From a virus (taxonomy: Duplodnaviria > Heunggongvirae > Uroviricota > Caudoviricetes), in IMG/VR virus record IMGVR_UViG_2844443253_000003: a stretch of 52,166 nt of DNA; one strand, 5' to 3'. Every line of letters begins with the position of its first letter. Position 1 is the first letter of the stretch. Both the position numbers and the translations under genes were made by a program. This document shows, piece after piece, positions 51,306 through 52,166 of the stretch. The notes beneath the pieces were generated by a model. The model searched no databases and was not told where the DNA came from. It was given only the letters and a program-made list of their open reading frames with translations.

Positions 51306-52166
51306 TGAGGTGTACTGGCAATAGCGGACACTACCATTTGTTCTTTTTTAAGCAGCCATCTGATGATATTTTTCCCTGAAGGCTGCCGGGGAGATATTCC
51401 CCAGACGAGAGTGACGACGCTGACGATTGTAGAAAATCTCAATGTATTCCCGTATTACTGAGATGGCTTCATCCCGGTTATTAAAACGATAGTGGCTCAG
51501 GCTCTCATTTTTCAGCGTTCCCCAGAAGCTTTCCATCGGAGCGTTGTCGTAACAGTTACCTTTACGCGACATTGATGTTTTCAGACCAAACTGCTCCTGT
51601 ATGACCCGGTAATCGTATGCGCAGTACTGTGAACCTCGATCAGAGTGGTGGATTAGCCCGGCAGGTGGGCGCTGGCTCCTGAGCGCCATAAACAGGGCTT
51701 TACCTGTCAGCTCTTTTGTCATGCGCTCTCCCATGGCGTAGCCGACAATTTCGCACGTATAAACATCTTTGATGCCAGCGAGGTACAACCATCCCTCCTG
51801 TGTGGCAACATACGTCAGGTCCGCCACCCAGACCTGATTTGGTGCTGTAGGAGCGAACGTCTGGTTCAGCAGATTTGGCGCAACTGGCAGATTGTGGTTC
51901 GGGTTCGTAGTCGCTCTGAACTTGCGTTTCTGCTTACAGCGTAGCCTCAGCTCCTTACGAAGACGTGCCAGTCGGTCACGACCAACGATGATGCCATTCT
52001 CTGCCAGCTCCGTCTGGAGCCGCCGGGTTCCATATGTTTCGCGAGTGCGGATATGTGCCACCTTAATCTCCGGTTTTAGCCGCTCATCACTTTGTTTTCT
52101 GTCTGAGGGTTCATGCTGTACCCAGTTGTAATAACCGCTCCTGGATACACCAAATACCTGACACAT
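51306..52166 (-). mobile_element. IS600 copy 3, partial (runs off window end)
   Basis: right-end repeat and orfB (51348-52166) matching copies 1 and 2. Confidence 0.8.

Overview
This window reads as an enterobacterial (Shigella/E. coli-type) chromosomal region at the thrW tRNA-Thr attachment site. All homology calls are from reading the translations and from memory; no database search was run. Positions 145-42792 are one integrated temperate prophage of about 42.6 kb, bounded by 64-bp direct repeats (attL 145-208, attR 42729-42792). Its layout is mosaic: integrase/excisionase, a leftward early operon (N-like antiterminator, RecT, three Ead/Ea22-like paralogs), P22-like immunity (C2, Cro, C1), lambda-like replication and nin genes, a Q-like antiterminator, two phage tRNAs, a lambda-type lysis cassette, terminase, head genes, a contractile-tail/baseplate module, and a gtrA-gtrB-gtr(type) O-antigen glucosylation operon next to attR. 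That is the architecture of Shigella flexneri serotype-converting phages (SfV/SfII/SfX type). The terminase large-subunit gene is split by an IS911 copy, so the prophage is probably packaging-defective. The most interesting candidate for an undescribed system is a low-GC accessory insertion inside the tail module (34054-35761): a secreted small protein plus a translationally coupled two-gene cassette with its own terminator and no structural-protein features. Right of attR (42.8-52.2 kb) is an IS-scrambled remnant region: a second, divergent integrase fragment, three IS600 copies (one encoding a contiguous OrfAB fusion), a frameshifted IS629, an inverted near-duplicate of the prophage int-xis end interrupted by IS600, a third copy of the att core, an acyltransferase-3 family (O-acetyltransferase-like) gene, and a truncated gene. 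No CRISPR array or rRNA was seen.
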